Of a stretch of 64,000 bases of DNA, positions 53,279 through 62,796 are shown piece by piece. The notes below the pieces were generated by a model. It was not told the DNA's origin and searched no databases. It was given only the letters and a program-made list of their open reading frames with translations. A program made the position numbers and the translations under genes. This stretch comes from a bacterium (lineage in GTDB: Bacteria > Patescibacteriota > Patescibacteriia > UBA1558 > UBA10009): assembly GCA_018672055.1 (NCBI GenBank), contig JABHGM010000001.1:8884-72883 (forward strand). Direction: 5' to 3'. The stretch's first letter is position 1; the number at the start of each line of letters is the position of its first letter.

Positions 53279-54565
53279 TTAAGGTAAGTCTATACTATAT
53301 ACATTATTATCTGAATTAGTAAAATACAAAGTTGATTCATCGCTAGATAGCATTACATTTTGTGCTTGATAACCTGTATCACTATCAGGTACAGCAAGTA
53401 AAGAATAACTACCTGTTTCTAAGTTTATCAAATAAAAGTCATCTGGTACTTCGTTTGCTAATTCTGGATACCAACCACTACCAGTGGGCAAATCTCTAGG
53501 TACAGCACAATAAGCAGAACCACCTGACCCATTGATAGTACATTTATGTGCCCAGGTATTTAATCTAAGATCAGTATTATTTAAACCAATATTATTACCT
53601 TGAGCATCAACTATCCATAACTGAGGTTTAAAACTAGTATTTGCACTATATACAGAATAAAACATTCTAGTACCATTAGGCGTCCAAACTCCTTCAAAGC
53701 CTCTGCCTTCTGGAACAAATGATTTAAAATTTTCTTGATTTTGACCAATAAATATTATTTCTTGTCTATTTGCATCATAACTATCTCTAAATGTAGCTAC
53801 AACCTGATTATTAGGTGAAAAATCTACATTAACATCACTCGCTCTATCCCCTATCTGTTCAATAAATCTAATATTCGAACCATTAGAATTAGCAGTAACT
53901 ATCCAATTATTTTCTTTGTTAGGTCCAATTACTTCTGCAGCTATTTGATTACCGTCATTTGAAAAAGTAAATTCTCTCATTTCTTTAGGTAAAGTAATCT
54001 GTTTTTTTTCTTGAAAATCATATAATATATTCGCTCCATCAGGATATTCTAAAATTGCTTGAGAACCATTCCTGTCCCAAGTAATACTTTCAACTTGATG
54101 AAATACTTTATCTGAATACTCAGCTAATTGACCATTACTTAACACTTTTAAAAATTTACCAGATGAACTATCGTAAAATACCAAACCTTGTGATGATGTC
54201 ATAGCACCTTTAGAACTACTAAAAGTATTTTTTTGAACTTCAGTTAAACCACCTCTAGCTACTTTACTAGGCACTAAACCTTGAAATGAGGTATCATCAG
54301 GAGATACTTGATCTGTAGGTCTAGTTACTACTTCTGGTAATTGACCAGGCTCTAAGACTGTATCAGATGGAATAAAGGTAGTAGGTGTAGTAGTTATTTC
54401 TGATTTAAAGAAAAATATGTAAAGCAAATAACTTAAAGATATTACTATAAGTAGTAAAATAATTCCCATTAATATTTTTTTCCAAGGTAACACCATATAA
54501 TAATTATTTACATTCTGCTTTATTAAAACCGCCCCAATCAGAATTTCCATATTCATTAACTCCAA
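53279..54565 (-). CDS. Membrane-anchored TolB-like beta-propeller protein
   Basis: TM helix (GIILLLIVISLSYLLYIFFF) followed by a Thr/Pro-rich linker and PD40-like repeats (FSNDGNQIA, DFSPNNQVVA, WTPNGTRMFY, MLSSDESTLYF). The true start may be Met24 (~54496). Confidence 0.6.
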   Translation of the reverse strand: MELMNMEILIGAVLIKQNVNNYYMVLPWKKILMGIILLLIVISLSYLLYIFFFKSEITTTPTTFIPSDTVLEPGQLPEVVTRPTDQVSPDDTSFQGLVPSKVARGGLTEVQKNTFSSSKGAMTSSQGLVFYDSSSGKFLKVLSNGQLAEYSDKVFHQVESITWDRNGSQAILEYPDGANILYDFQEKKQITLPKEMREFTFSNDGNQIAAEVIGPNKENNWIVTANSNGSNIRFIEQIGDRASDVNVDFSPNNQVVATFRDSYDANRQEIIFIGQNQENFKSFVPEGRGFEGVWTPNGTRMFYSVYSANTSFKPQLWIVDAQGNNIGLNNTDLRLNTWAHKCTINGSGGSAYCAVPRDLPTGSGWYPELANEVPDDFYLINLETGSYSLLAVPDSDTGYQAQNVMLSSDESTLYFTNSDNNVYSIDLP

Positions 54566-55529
54566 ATACTTCAGGATTTAATACATAGCCTTCTGATAAA
54601 TCAATAGTACAATTTAAAACATTTGAAGCACAACTTATACCAAATATATATTGAACTCCGCCATTATCACGATAAGCATTTAATTTTCCGCATTGCAAAT
54701 TACCGCTGTAAGTAAAAATTATTGTATCTCTCGACCAAGGAATGCTAGGTTTTAAAGAAAATTGCTCTACACAATGCGCTTTACCAAATACATTCTCCCC
54801 ATTTTTTATAATATCTTCTACCCAGGGCGATTCTCCATTTTTTAAATCCCCTATATAGCTGCAAACTCCACGAGGACCATAAGCATTTCCACAAGCCGCA
54901 TAACTACATGAATCATTTTTTCTTAACACGCCGCATGAATTGTAAGTATCGTCAGAGGGAGTACTGGGATTACAAAAATTACATTCTCCTATAACCATAT
55001 TACCAGGCTGATCTTTACAAAATTCACCACAAGCTAATTGATTAGCTTCTTTTAACGAACCATCTAGATTATAACATCCTGTTGATGTTTCAATAGGCGA
55101 AATATTAAAATTAAATTTTACTAATTCTGGATTAATCTGAATTAATAATACATACGAACCAAGCGCTAAGAATAAACCAGCCACAGCACCAACGATAGTT
55201 TCTTGAGCTGAGGTAATTTTAGTAGGATTACCGCCACTAAATAACCATTGCACACCACCATACATAATCATAAAAACTGCTACTATACCAGCAATACCTA
55301 CAAAAAATTTATAAAAATGTTGAATATAGGGAATTAATAGATTACCCTGCTTGTCACCTACAAATTCATAATTACCACAAGTAGAATTATATTCTAAATA
55401 CATTCCAGGAATTGGTACTTCTAAGACAATAGCTCCTTCAGTCTGCTTACAATCAGCTGCAAATAAACTAAACATAGGAACTAAAAATATAGCCGTAAAT
55501 ATTGAAATTATTATTATTTTTTTTATCAT
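54504..55529 (-). CDS. Signal peptide + two-TM hairpin + Cys-rich (about 16 Cys) extracytoplasmic domain protein
   Basis: Signal peptide MIKKIIIISIFTAIFLVPMFSLFAA. Two hydrophobic helices (FFVGIAGIVAVFMIMYGGVQWLF and IVGAVAGLFLALGSYVLLIQI) separated by a short loop. About 200 aa C-terminal domain with many Cys. Confidence 0.6.
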   Translation of the reverse strand: MIKKIIIISIFTAIFLVPMFSLFAADCKQTEGAIVLEVPIPGMYLEYNSTCGNYEFVGDKQGNLLIPYIQHFYKFFVGIAGIVAVFMIMYGGVQWLFSGGNPTKITSAQETIVGAVAGLFLALGSYVLLIQINPELVKFNFNISPIETSTGCYNLDGSLKEANQLACGEFCKDQPGNMVIGECNFCNPSTPSDDTYNSCGVLRKNDSCSYAACGNAYGPRGVCSYIGDLKNGESPWVEDIIKNGENVFGKAHCVEQFSLKPSIPWSRDTIIFTYSGNLQCGKLNAYRDNGGVQYIFGISCASNVLNCTIDLSEGYVLNPEVFGVNEYGNSDWGGFNKAECK

Positions 55530-55548
55530 ATTATTTTATGAGTTTATT

Positions 55549-56172
55549 TTAAAATGGACTTTTAATTACTTTCCAGATTGTCTGAAAAGTTGTTTCAACA
55601 GGATGAGTAATTGCATATAAAATTATTATAAATATATAAAGTGTAAAAATTACTATAAAATTTACCAATATCAACGCTGGCATATCTATCTTTTCTAACT
55701 TAGGAACCCATTTAACTTTAATCAAATTACCAAAAATTAACTGTGCATTCATTATAAAAACAACTAATATTATACCACCAGGGGTTACTGCTAAAGTACC
55801 ATTTATAAATCGATACATTCTTTGTAATCTCTTAACTCTTAAACCAACTGTTTTCTGTTTTAAAGTTAAATTTTTTGTTTTTTGTAATTTACGTGCTGCT
55901 TTTTTTTGTTGATCTAACGTCTTCTTATACTCTAAAGCTCTATCTCTTAAACCTTTTTTTTCGAGAACTTTTTCCTGATCAGGTTTAACATCTTCATCGT
56001 CTGCTTGCCTATTAATATTCTCAGGCACTCTAACAGGTGCTCCTAAATTACCTTTATTATAATCTTCTTTCTTCTTTTTCTCTTGACGCGTATTTTCATT
56101 AAAATCTTTTGCATATTTAAGGGAATTATCATTAGAAGGTGAACTCTGAATATTATTTAATCCTTCTACCAT
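55549..56172 (-). CDS. Hypothetical membrane protein (K/E-rich N-terminus, two C-terminal TM helices)
   Basis: Low-complexity charged N-terminal half. C-terminal TM segments IILVVFIMNAQLIF and LILVNFIVIFTLYIFIIILYAI. Confidence 0.5.
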   Translation of the reverse strand: MVEGLNNIQSSPSNDNSLKYAKDFNENTRQEKKKKEDYNKGNLGAPVRVPENINRQADDEDVKPDQEKVLEKKGLRDRALEYKKTLDQQKKAARKLQKTKNLTLKQKTVGLRVKRLQRMYRFINGTLAVTPGGIILVVFIMNAQLIFGNLIKVKWVPKLEKIDMPALILVNFIVIFTLYIFIIILYAITHPVETTFQTIWKVIKSPF

Positions 56173-56175
56173 ATA

Positions 56176-56739
56176 TTATTCTAACCATTCAAAATCATTA
56201 ACTAACCAGCTATTCCCAGCTTCAACTAAATTTAATTCTAAATCTTGATATATTACTGATATTTCACTACCAATTGTTTCTTCTCTTTGTAAAGTAATTA
56301 TAATATTAGCATTACCATTTTCTTCATCTAAAGCATTAATATCTGTTTTTAAAACTTTTGAACTTATACCATAAAATTCATCACTGCCTTCACTATCTTC
56401 TATCATCTCATTAAGCTTAACCTTTAACAAATTAGTTGATAATAATTTAACTTCTTCTAGATTTAAAAAACCACTATCAGAAGAATAACTAGCAAAACGC
56501 TCAGCAAAATTATTTGCTACAGTAGTTACTGTTACTTCAATAGGAGTTAAATTAATTATTACTTCTGGCTCTACTATTACTTCAGGTACAGAAGTATCAT
56601 CAATTACTATATCTTGATCAAAACTAATAACCTCTGGTTCATCAAAAAAGGAATCATCCATTAGAAGTACAGCTATAGCTAGACCAATTACTACTATTAC
56701 TATTAGAGAAATTATTATTATATTTTTTTTACTCATCAT
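56176..56739 (-). CDS. Hypothetical single-pass membrane protein with an acidic ectodomain
   Basis: N-terminal TM IIIISLIVIVVIGLAIAVLLM followed by a D/E-rich domain. Confidence 0.5.
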   Translation of the reverse strand: MMSKKNIIIISLIVIVVIGLAIAVLLMDDSFFDEPEVISFDQDIVIDDTSVPEVIVEPEVIINLTPIEVTVTTVANNFAERFASYSSDSGFLNLEEVKLLSTNLLKVKLNEMIEDSEGSDEFYGISSKVLKTDINALDEENGNANIIITLQREETIGSEISVIYQDLELNLVEAGNSWLVNDFEWLE

Positions 56740-56740
56740 A

Positions 56741-58645
56741 TTATTTATTATTTTCTTTATTATCTTCTCCGCCTTGTGAATTCATTTGAGCTTCAAACTC
56801 TTTCTTAGAAGCTTCAATTTCTAAAAGTTGTCTTGGATCAGAAGTTATTATTTGATCTTCAGTATATGAAGCCCTAACTAAAAGAGCCACATGCTTATTA
56901 CCAGCAAAGAAAATACCTTCACCAACATTACCTTCTAAAAGTAAATACTTTTCACCTTCTGTTAAATTAAAAGTTTTTTGAACTATATCAATACCAGCTG
57001 GTGACTGTTTAAGAAGAAGTTGCAAAGCTGAATTAGTTACAATAGCCTGACCATAAGGTGAACCAAGAAAATCATTAACATCCTGAGTAATTGTAGTAAC
57101 CCCTAAATAATACTTACGACATCTTTTAACTAAAGCAAAGATAAATTTAGCACTATCCTCTCTTTGCATTAACCACCAAGCTTCATCAATAATTAATATT
57201 CTTTTTTTAACTTCAGATCTTACAGTATTCCATATGTAATTAATTATAGTATAAATAGCAATAGGTTTTAATTCATCTTCTAAATCACGAACCGAAAAAC
57301 AAATTAACTGATTCTTAACATCAATATTTGTAGGTGAATTAAATAATCCAGCAAAAGTACCCTCAGTATACTTTTTAAGACGTATTACTAAATCACTAGC
57401 CCCTTCCATACCACTTAAAATTTCTTCTAAATCTTTCATAAGTGGTGGATCAATATTATTTAAATCAGAATCAACCGTTATATCTTTTTTAGCATAAGTC
57501 TCTATTAAAGCACGATCAATTAATGAATCTTCAGCATGCGTTAAATCTCCAAGCATTAAACGAACTAAACCTTTTAATGTAATAACTGAACTTCTTAAAA
57601 TATCTGCAGGTCTAGAATCACTTTCAGTGGGACGTGGTAAATCAAAAGGATTTAATTTACTTTCTGAATTTAATGATAAGTTAATATATGCACCACCAAC
57701 AGCATCACTTAGATACTTATACTCACTTTCTGGGTCAATAATCATTACTTCTGTACCCATCATCATACTTCTTAAAATTTCAAGTTTAATAGCATAAGAT
57801 TTACCAGCTCCAGATGTTGCAAAAACTACTGAGTTAGGATTTTGTAAACTAAATCTATCAAAAATTATTAAACTATTGTTATGCCTATTAATACCATATA
57901 ATATTCCATCATCTGAAGTTAATTCAGATGAAATAAATGGGAAAGATGTAGCAATAGGTGAAGAATTCATATTAAATGAAATCTGTAACTCATCATTACC
58001 AAGAGGTAAACTTGAATTAAAACCTTGCTCTGCTTGATAGAGGGCACGTTTAGTATATACAAGCTTAGAGCCAAAAATAGATTCTACTTTTTCTACCATT
58101 CTATCTAATTCTTCTTTAGAATCAGCATAAATTGTAGTATATAATGAAAATTGAAAAAATCTCTCAGTACCTTGTGTTAACTCATCTCTTAATTTTTCAA
58201 TATCGCGTAAAGCTGTTTCACGTAATGGATCACGAGGAGCACCTTTTTCTGCATCAGCCATAAGCTGTGCTTCTAAATTACCAACCTTTTTCCTTAATTG
58301 TTTTAAAATAACTTCAGTTTTAACTTGATAGAAAAACATGGATATATCAAGTGGTGAACTATAGTTAATGATTGAAGAAAACCAACCTACACTAATATAT
58401 CTAGGATAATTAATTACAAATAAAGTTGTTAAATACTTGCCATTTAATTCAACGGCTCTGGGATCAACTTTAAAACTAGCAGGAGCAATAATATCACGAA
58501 CCGAGGTGACTCCCTCTCTATATATTTTTTCAGCTTCAAGTAATTTTTTCTGCTCTTTAGCGCTAAGCTTTATTTTATTCTTCTTATCTTTCTTTTTAGA
58601 AAGCTTTACTTCTTGCTGCTCTATTTTTGATGTTTGAAAAGCCAT
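56741..58645 (-). CDS. VirB4/TrbE-family type IV secretion ATPase, ATPase portion
   Basis: 'KYLTTLFVINYPRYISVGWFSSI' VirB4-type region, Walker A VVFATSGAGKSYAI, Walker B RILIIDEAWWLM, 'GVTTITQ' motif. Resembles Gram-positive conjugative VirB4 homologs (Tn916 Orf16 / TcpF-like). Confidence 0.75.
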   Translation of the reverse strand: MAFQTSKIEQQEVKLSKKKDKKNKIKLSAKEQKKLLEAEKIYREGVTSVRDIIAPASFKVDPRAVELNGKYLTTLFVINYPRYISVGWFSSIINYSSPLDISMFFYQVKTEVILKQLRKKVGNLEAQLMADAEKGAPRDPLRETALRDIEKLRDELTQGTERFFQFSLYTTIYADSKEELDRMVEKVESIFGSKLVYTKRALYQAEQGFNSSLPLGNDELQISFNMNSSPIATSFPFISSELTSDDGILYGINRHNNSLIIFDRFSLQNPNSVVFATSGAGKSYAIKLEILRSMMMGTEVMIIDPESEYKYLSDAVGGAYINLSLNSESKLNPFDLPRPTESDSRPADILRSSVITLKGLVRLMLGDLTHAEDSLIDRALIETYAKKDITVDSDLNNIDPPLMKDLEEILSGMEGASDLVIRLKKYTEGTFAGLFNSPTNIDVKNQLICFSVRDLEDELKPIAIYTIINYIWNTVRSEVKKRILIIDEAWWLMQREDSAKFIFALVKRCRKYYLGVTTITQDVNDFLGSPYGQAIVTNSALQLLLKQSPAGIDIVQKTFNLTEGEKYLLLEGNVGEGIFFAGNKHVALLVRASYTEDQIITSDPRQLLEIEASKKEFEAQMNSQGGEDNKENNK

Positions 58646-58646
58646 A

Positions 58647-59330
58647 TTAATGATCTTCCATTCTTAATTTATTAATATCTACTAATTTCTGAGCATCAAC
58701 TATTTCTGGATTATATGTATTGTAATATAATTCAATTAAGCTTTGAGTATCTAATTGAAGAGCTTTCATACCCATTGAACCTAAACTACCTGATACAAAA
58801 TCAACTCTTTTACCAACCTCTTCTTGAAAACGTACAAATCTTTTTCTACTCATAGTAACAGAAACTGCAGGTTGAAAAGATTCAGTTAACCTTTCCCAAA
58901 ACTTTTTCTTAGCTTTCTTTAAACCCATAAATGGTACTACAACATAAAACTTCTTAGTCATAATCTTACCTAGATCAAGTAACTCTTGTAAAAAATCTTT
59001 GTAATCAGCAATCTGCATCCTAAGCAACTCATTAGTTTGTTCTTTTTCTAAATTATTTAATTTCTCTAAATACCTATCAATATTTAAATATCTAGACTGA
59101 ATAACTATTTGTAATGGAAAATCTAAAGAGTTTAAAAAACCAATATATGCTTGAATCAAAGCATTTTGTTCATCCTCGCCTTTTAAGGCAAAATTAATTG
59201 AAGAAACAAGTAAAGTAGCACGAACTGTACCATCTCGTAAAATAACTAAGTTATCACGAATCTCAGCAATATCTAAATATTGTTGAGTTGATGCTTTTGG
59301 CTTATTTCCTGCTAACTTATTTTTCTTCAT
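58647..59330 (-). CDS. VirB4 N-terminal-domain-like protein (separate ORF, 1-nt spacer to the ATPase ORF)
   Basis: 'IAEIRDNLVILRDGTVRATLLVSSINFALKGEDEQNALIQAYIGFLNSLDFPLQIV' resembles the N-terminal region of Firmicute VirB4 homologs (I.F.DINY.L..EDK..I...Y..FLN). Combined length with the next ORF is 861 aa, similar to full-length VirB4. Confidence 0.5.
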   Translation of the reverse strand: MKKNKLAGNKPKASTQQYLDIAEIRDNLVILRDGTVRATLLVSSINFALKGEDEQNALIQAYIGFLNSLDFPLQIVIQSRYLNIDRYLEKLNNLEKEQTNELLRMQIADYKDFLQELLDLGKIMTKKFYVVVPFMGLKKAKKKFWERLTESFQPAVSVTMSRKRFVRFQEEVGKRVDFVSGSLGSMGMKALQLDTQSLIELYYNTYNPEIVDAQKLVDINKLRMEDH

Positions 59331-59333
59331 ATA

Positions 59334-59807
59334 TTATTTAATTTCTAAATCTGTTAAATCATTTTGAAAATGTGACATTTGAGCTACTTCACCTTTATAT
59401 ACGCCACCTGTATCAATTATTAAGGAAAGGTCAGATAATCTAGAACGAGTTACTATTTTTTTAGAGACTATTTCTTTCTTAGGCATTAACTCTTCTTTTT
59501 CTTTTTCTTCCTTAGTTTTGGTATTTAAATCTCGTGCCCATATTCTTAATTTTGGTCTTTTAAATGTTTGTAATACATTTAATGCAAAATAATGAAAAGG
59601 CATACTATTTATTTTAATAAAAGCAATTACTAGAAATATAGCGGCAGTTGGAATACCAGTTAAAAGAAATAGAGCCATATCAGATAATTTATACTCTAAA
59701 AACATTATTAATCCAGCAATTACTAAGAGTATAAACTGTCTAACAGTAATAGGACCAATTATCTTATCCTCTACTTCTATAAATTGTGGTACTGTTGCTT
59801 GTCTCAT
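59334..59807 (-). CDS. PrgI-family (VirB3-like) small membrane protein
   Basis: 'ATVPQFIEVEDKIIGPITVRQFILLVIAGLIMFL' then a second TM 'LTGIPTAAIFLVIAFIKI'. This is the PrgI pattern (VP..L...EDKI.G.LT.RQ + 2 TM), located immediately upstream of VirB4 as in Gram-positive T4SS. Confidence 0.6.
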   Translation of the reverse strand: MRQATVPQFIEVEDKIIGPITVRQFILLVIAGLIMFLEYKLSDMALFLLTGIPTAAIFLVIAFIKINSMPFHYFALNVLQTFKRPKLRIWARDLNTKTKEEKEKEELMPKKEIVSKKIVTRSRLSDLSLIIDTGGVYKGEVAQMSHFQNDLTDLEIK

Positions 59808-59810
59808 ATA

Positions 59811-60875
59811 TTAAAATCTAAGTTTAGTATTTAAATCAGAAATAGCATCAAACTCAAAGGAAGTCATTATCTCTTTACCCTGATCTACGTATTGCTTAAT
59901 AACATCAGCAACGGACATGTTGTGTTCCATACTAGCCTGGCCAATAGCTAAATACATTTTATATAAAGGACTTCTTCTCCAAGCGTTTAAACCTTTAGCT
60001 TTTTTAATTAAAGATTCATTAGTTAATAAGTTAATCTTGTCAGATATCTTTTGGGCTTGTCTCTCTGGATCAGCCCCTAATCTTCTAAAAGTAGCCAAAG
60101 TTAAAGAAGCTAACTCTTCAACTGGACCTACTAATTTATATTCTTTAGAAATATCATCAAGCTTACCTTTTTTCTTAGGACGATTAAACTTAGTAGTTGT
60201 CTTAATTAAAGGTTCTACTTTTTCAGGAAGCTCTTCTTGAATAACTTGTTTAACTATTTTTTTCTTAGGAATAATAGTAGGTGGTATAAATGAAGACTCT
60301 TCTTTTAACCTTTCAATATCTTCATCAATTACAATACCTTTCTCTTTATTTACTTTATCTTTAATATCTCTTAAAAATGCTAAAACTTTATCTATTATTT
60401 CAGATTCAAACCCTACTCCACCTTCTTCCTGAGGACGCTCTAATACTTCAGAAGCGTCTATTATAGTTCTTCTATCTCTAAGTAAAGTAACAATTACATC
60501 TCTTAATCTTTTAGTTTGTTCTTCATCTAAACTTAAATTAAGAGTCTCAACTAATTTATTTAAAATCTTATCCAAAGAATATTTTTTTTGAGGTAACATC
60601 TCTTTAGGTACAGATATTTTAGACACTTCTTCTTCATCATTTGGATGAAAATAAAAACTGGCATTTTTTTTACGAATAGCTGGAGGCGGAGGTTGTAAAA
60701 CCAGCTCTTCTTTGCCAGTATCAATTATATCAGTAACTTCTTTTTTTTGAGGTTCACTAAAAGATTCTTGGTGGAAAGGCTTTAACTCGCCATCAATTAA
60801 TATTTTATACTCTCCATTTTCATCACGTACTACTATCTGATCTTGAATTGTATTTGTTTTTGATTTTTGAGGCAT
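59811..60875 (-). CDS. Hypothetical soluble protein (354 aa) in the T4SS-like cluster
   Basis: No TM segments, charged and low-complexity, no recognised motif. Confidence 0.5.
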   Translation of the reverse strand: MPQKSKTNTIQDQIVVRDENGEYKILIDGELKPFHQESFSEPQKKEVTDIIDTGKEELVLQPPPPAIRKKNASFYFHPNDEEEVSKISVPKEMLPQKKYSLDKILNKLVETLNLSLDEEQTKRLRDVIVTLLRDRRTIIDASEVLERPQEEGGVGFESEIIDKVLAFLRDIKDKVNKEKGIVIDEDIERLKEESSFIPPTIIPKKKIVKQVIQEELPEKVEPLIKTTTKFNRPKKKGKLDDISKEYKLVGPVEELASLTLATFRRLGADPERQAQKISDKINLLTNESLIKKAKGLNAWRRSPLYKMYLAIGQASMEHNMSVADVIKQYVDQGKEIMTSFEFDAISDLNTKLRF

Positions 60876-60877
60876 GG

Positions 60878-61849
60878 TTATAATGTAGTAATTGGCCTTG
60901 ACTGTAAAATATATAATTTATTTTTAGAATATGCCCATTCAACATCTTGAGGACATTTATAATGCTTCTCTATTTTTTTAATAACTTCAGCTAGTTCAAT
61001 AATCTCTTTACCTGTTAACTTTTGTTTTTCTTGAATATTCTTAGCAACACTTTTTAAAACACTCCCCCCACCTTTCTTCATAATAATCTGTTTTTCTTGC
61101 TTTACAATATTTATATCTAAAATAGTTCCTTCTTTTTTATGCACGATATATGAATCAGGCGTAATAATTCCAGAAACAATAGCTTCACCTAACCCAAATC
61201 CTGCTTCAATAATCATTTGATTATAATCTTCAGTAACAGGGTGAACACTAAAAGCTACACCAGACACTTCACTATCAATCATTTTCTGAATTACCACAGC
61301 TACACTAACACTAACCTTATGTAACTTCTTTTCAAATCTGTAGAATATAGCGCGGGGAGTAAATAACGAAGCCCAACACTTTTTAACATTAGTAATTAAA
61401 TTCTTTTCATCGATATACAAGAAAGTATCAAGTTCACCAGCCCAAGATGCAATAGATGAGTCTTCAGCAGTAGCTGAAGATCTAACAGCAACCCATTTAC
61501 ACTTTAATTTCTTAAATTCTTTGTGTATTGCTTCTTCAATAGGCTTAGGCACATTAGAATCCATGATCATGTCATTGATTACATTAGATGCCTTATCAAT
61601 ACTATTAACATCTTGATAGTTTACCTTGTTAAGCTCAGCTTCTATCAAGACATTTAAGTCTCCTTGACCAGGACCAGCTGGTGGCGGAGTATCATTTAAA
61701 AAACTATCAAAAGCAGATGCTAAGACTACATAACCAGGTGGTACAGAGAGCTTAGCTTGAGTCATTTCACCCAAAGAAGCACCCTTACCCCCAGCAATGC
61801 CTACATCTTTCTTTTTTAGCTTTGTAAAGGGTAAAACAAAATTATTCAT
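60878..61849 (-). CDS. PEP synthase/PPDK N-terminal nucleotide-binding domain (PPDK_N) stand-alone protein
   Basis: GIAGGKGASLGEM...SVPPGYVV, VAVRSSATAEDS...WAGELDTFL, FTPRAIFYR, SGVAFSVHPVT, EAGFGLGEAIVSGIITPD, PQDVEWAYSKNKLYILQSRPITT. Confidence 0.8.
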   Translation of the reverse strand: MNNFVLPFTKLKKKDVGIAGGKGASLGEMTQAKLSVPPGYVVLASAFDSFLNDTPPPAGPGQGDLNVLIEAELNKVNYQDVNSIDKASNVINDMIMDSNVPKPIEEAIHKEFKKLKCKWVAVRSSATAEDSSIASWAGELDTFLYIDEKNLITNVKKCWASLFTPRAIFYRFEKKLHKVSVSVAVVIQKMIDSEVSGVAFSVHPVTEDYNQMIIEAGFGLGEAIVSGIITPDSYIVHKKEGTILDINIVKQEKQIIMKKGGGSVLKSVAKNIQEKQKLTGKEIIELAEVIKKIEKHYKCPQDVEWAYSKNKLYILQSRPITTL

Positions 61850-62092
61850 AAGTTGAATTCTAATTAATTATAACATAAATTAGGGGTATCTAACAATAAT
61901 TATTTTCTTATACAATTTATCTTAAAATAATATAAATAAACCTTATTATACTTGACATTTTATTCAATATATGCTATACTTATATATTGAATGAACATTA
62001 ACATAGCTTTCAATCTGTAGTCTATTTTGGCTAAGATTAGAGAATAATTCAATAAAAACAAACAAACCGTCCAATAGGGCAAGGAGTTAAAC

Positions 62093-62752
62093 GTGTTACA
62101 AAAAGAAAATATAGCAATATCAAGAATCATTGACCTAATACCACACGGAACAAAATTGGTAAAATTTCTAGGCAGACATGCTAAATCAGTTCAGAAAGGC
62201 ACTCAAGAAACTAGAACGCTTTCAGAGAAAGGCGTGGATCTCTGTAAAGATGTTTCATATTTCTACGGTAGATTATTTCTTCACCTGCGTGATAGTTATG
62301 GGGAATTTGAATACTGCTCATCAGAATGGCCCAGATCATTACTGACAACATTCCTGACAACCAAAGAAACTCAGATTGTAATGCTGAATAATATGACTAT
62401 TCCTGTCGGTGCAAGCCTGAAAAATCTCAATGATGGAGAATGGTTCAGAGAACGGAAAGCAAAAAAAATGACTGTTGTTGAAATGATTCAAGAATTCTTG
62501 AAAAATAGAGATGTGCTTGGTGGAAAACCTTTTGATGAATATGAACAAGCATACATCTCTTGGGTTATGGAAGACATTTATTCTAAAGCTGGATTTTTTC
62601 ATGAAATCGGCTGCACTTTGGCTGCCATTAAACTGGGAATTAATCCTGAAGAAGCTGGACTAAATGAGTGCCAAGGCTATCTGTTCTGCCTTGATAATTC
62701 CGCTAAAGTATTGTCCGTAATTAAAGTTGCTCCTCCAGCAACACTCGAATAG
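62093..62752 (+). CDS. Hypothetical protein; compositionally GC-richer than its neighbours, SD plus GTG start
   Basis: AAGGAG 7 nt upstream of the GTG start. Visibly higher G+C than flanking genes. Has its own terminator. No recognised domain. Confidence 0.55.
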   Translation: MLQKENIAISRIIDLIPHGTKLVKFLGRHAKSVQKGTQETRTLSEKGVDLCKDVSYFYGRLFLHLRDSYGEFEYCSSEWPRSLLTTFLTTKETQIVMLNNMTIPVGASLKNLNDGEWFRERKAKKMTVVEMIQEFLKNRDVLGGKPFDEYEQAYISWVMEDIYSKAGFFHEIGCTLAAIKLGINPEEAGLNECQGYLFCLDNSAKVLSVIKVAPPATLE

Positions 62753-62796
62753 TACTCTCAATCACCTCTAGGTGAAAGAAAGTCATACACTAAAAA

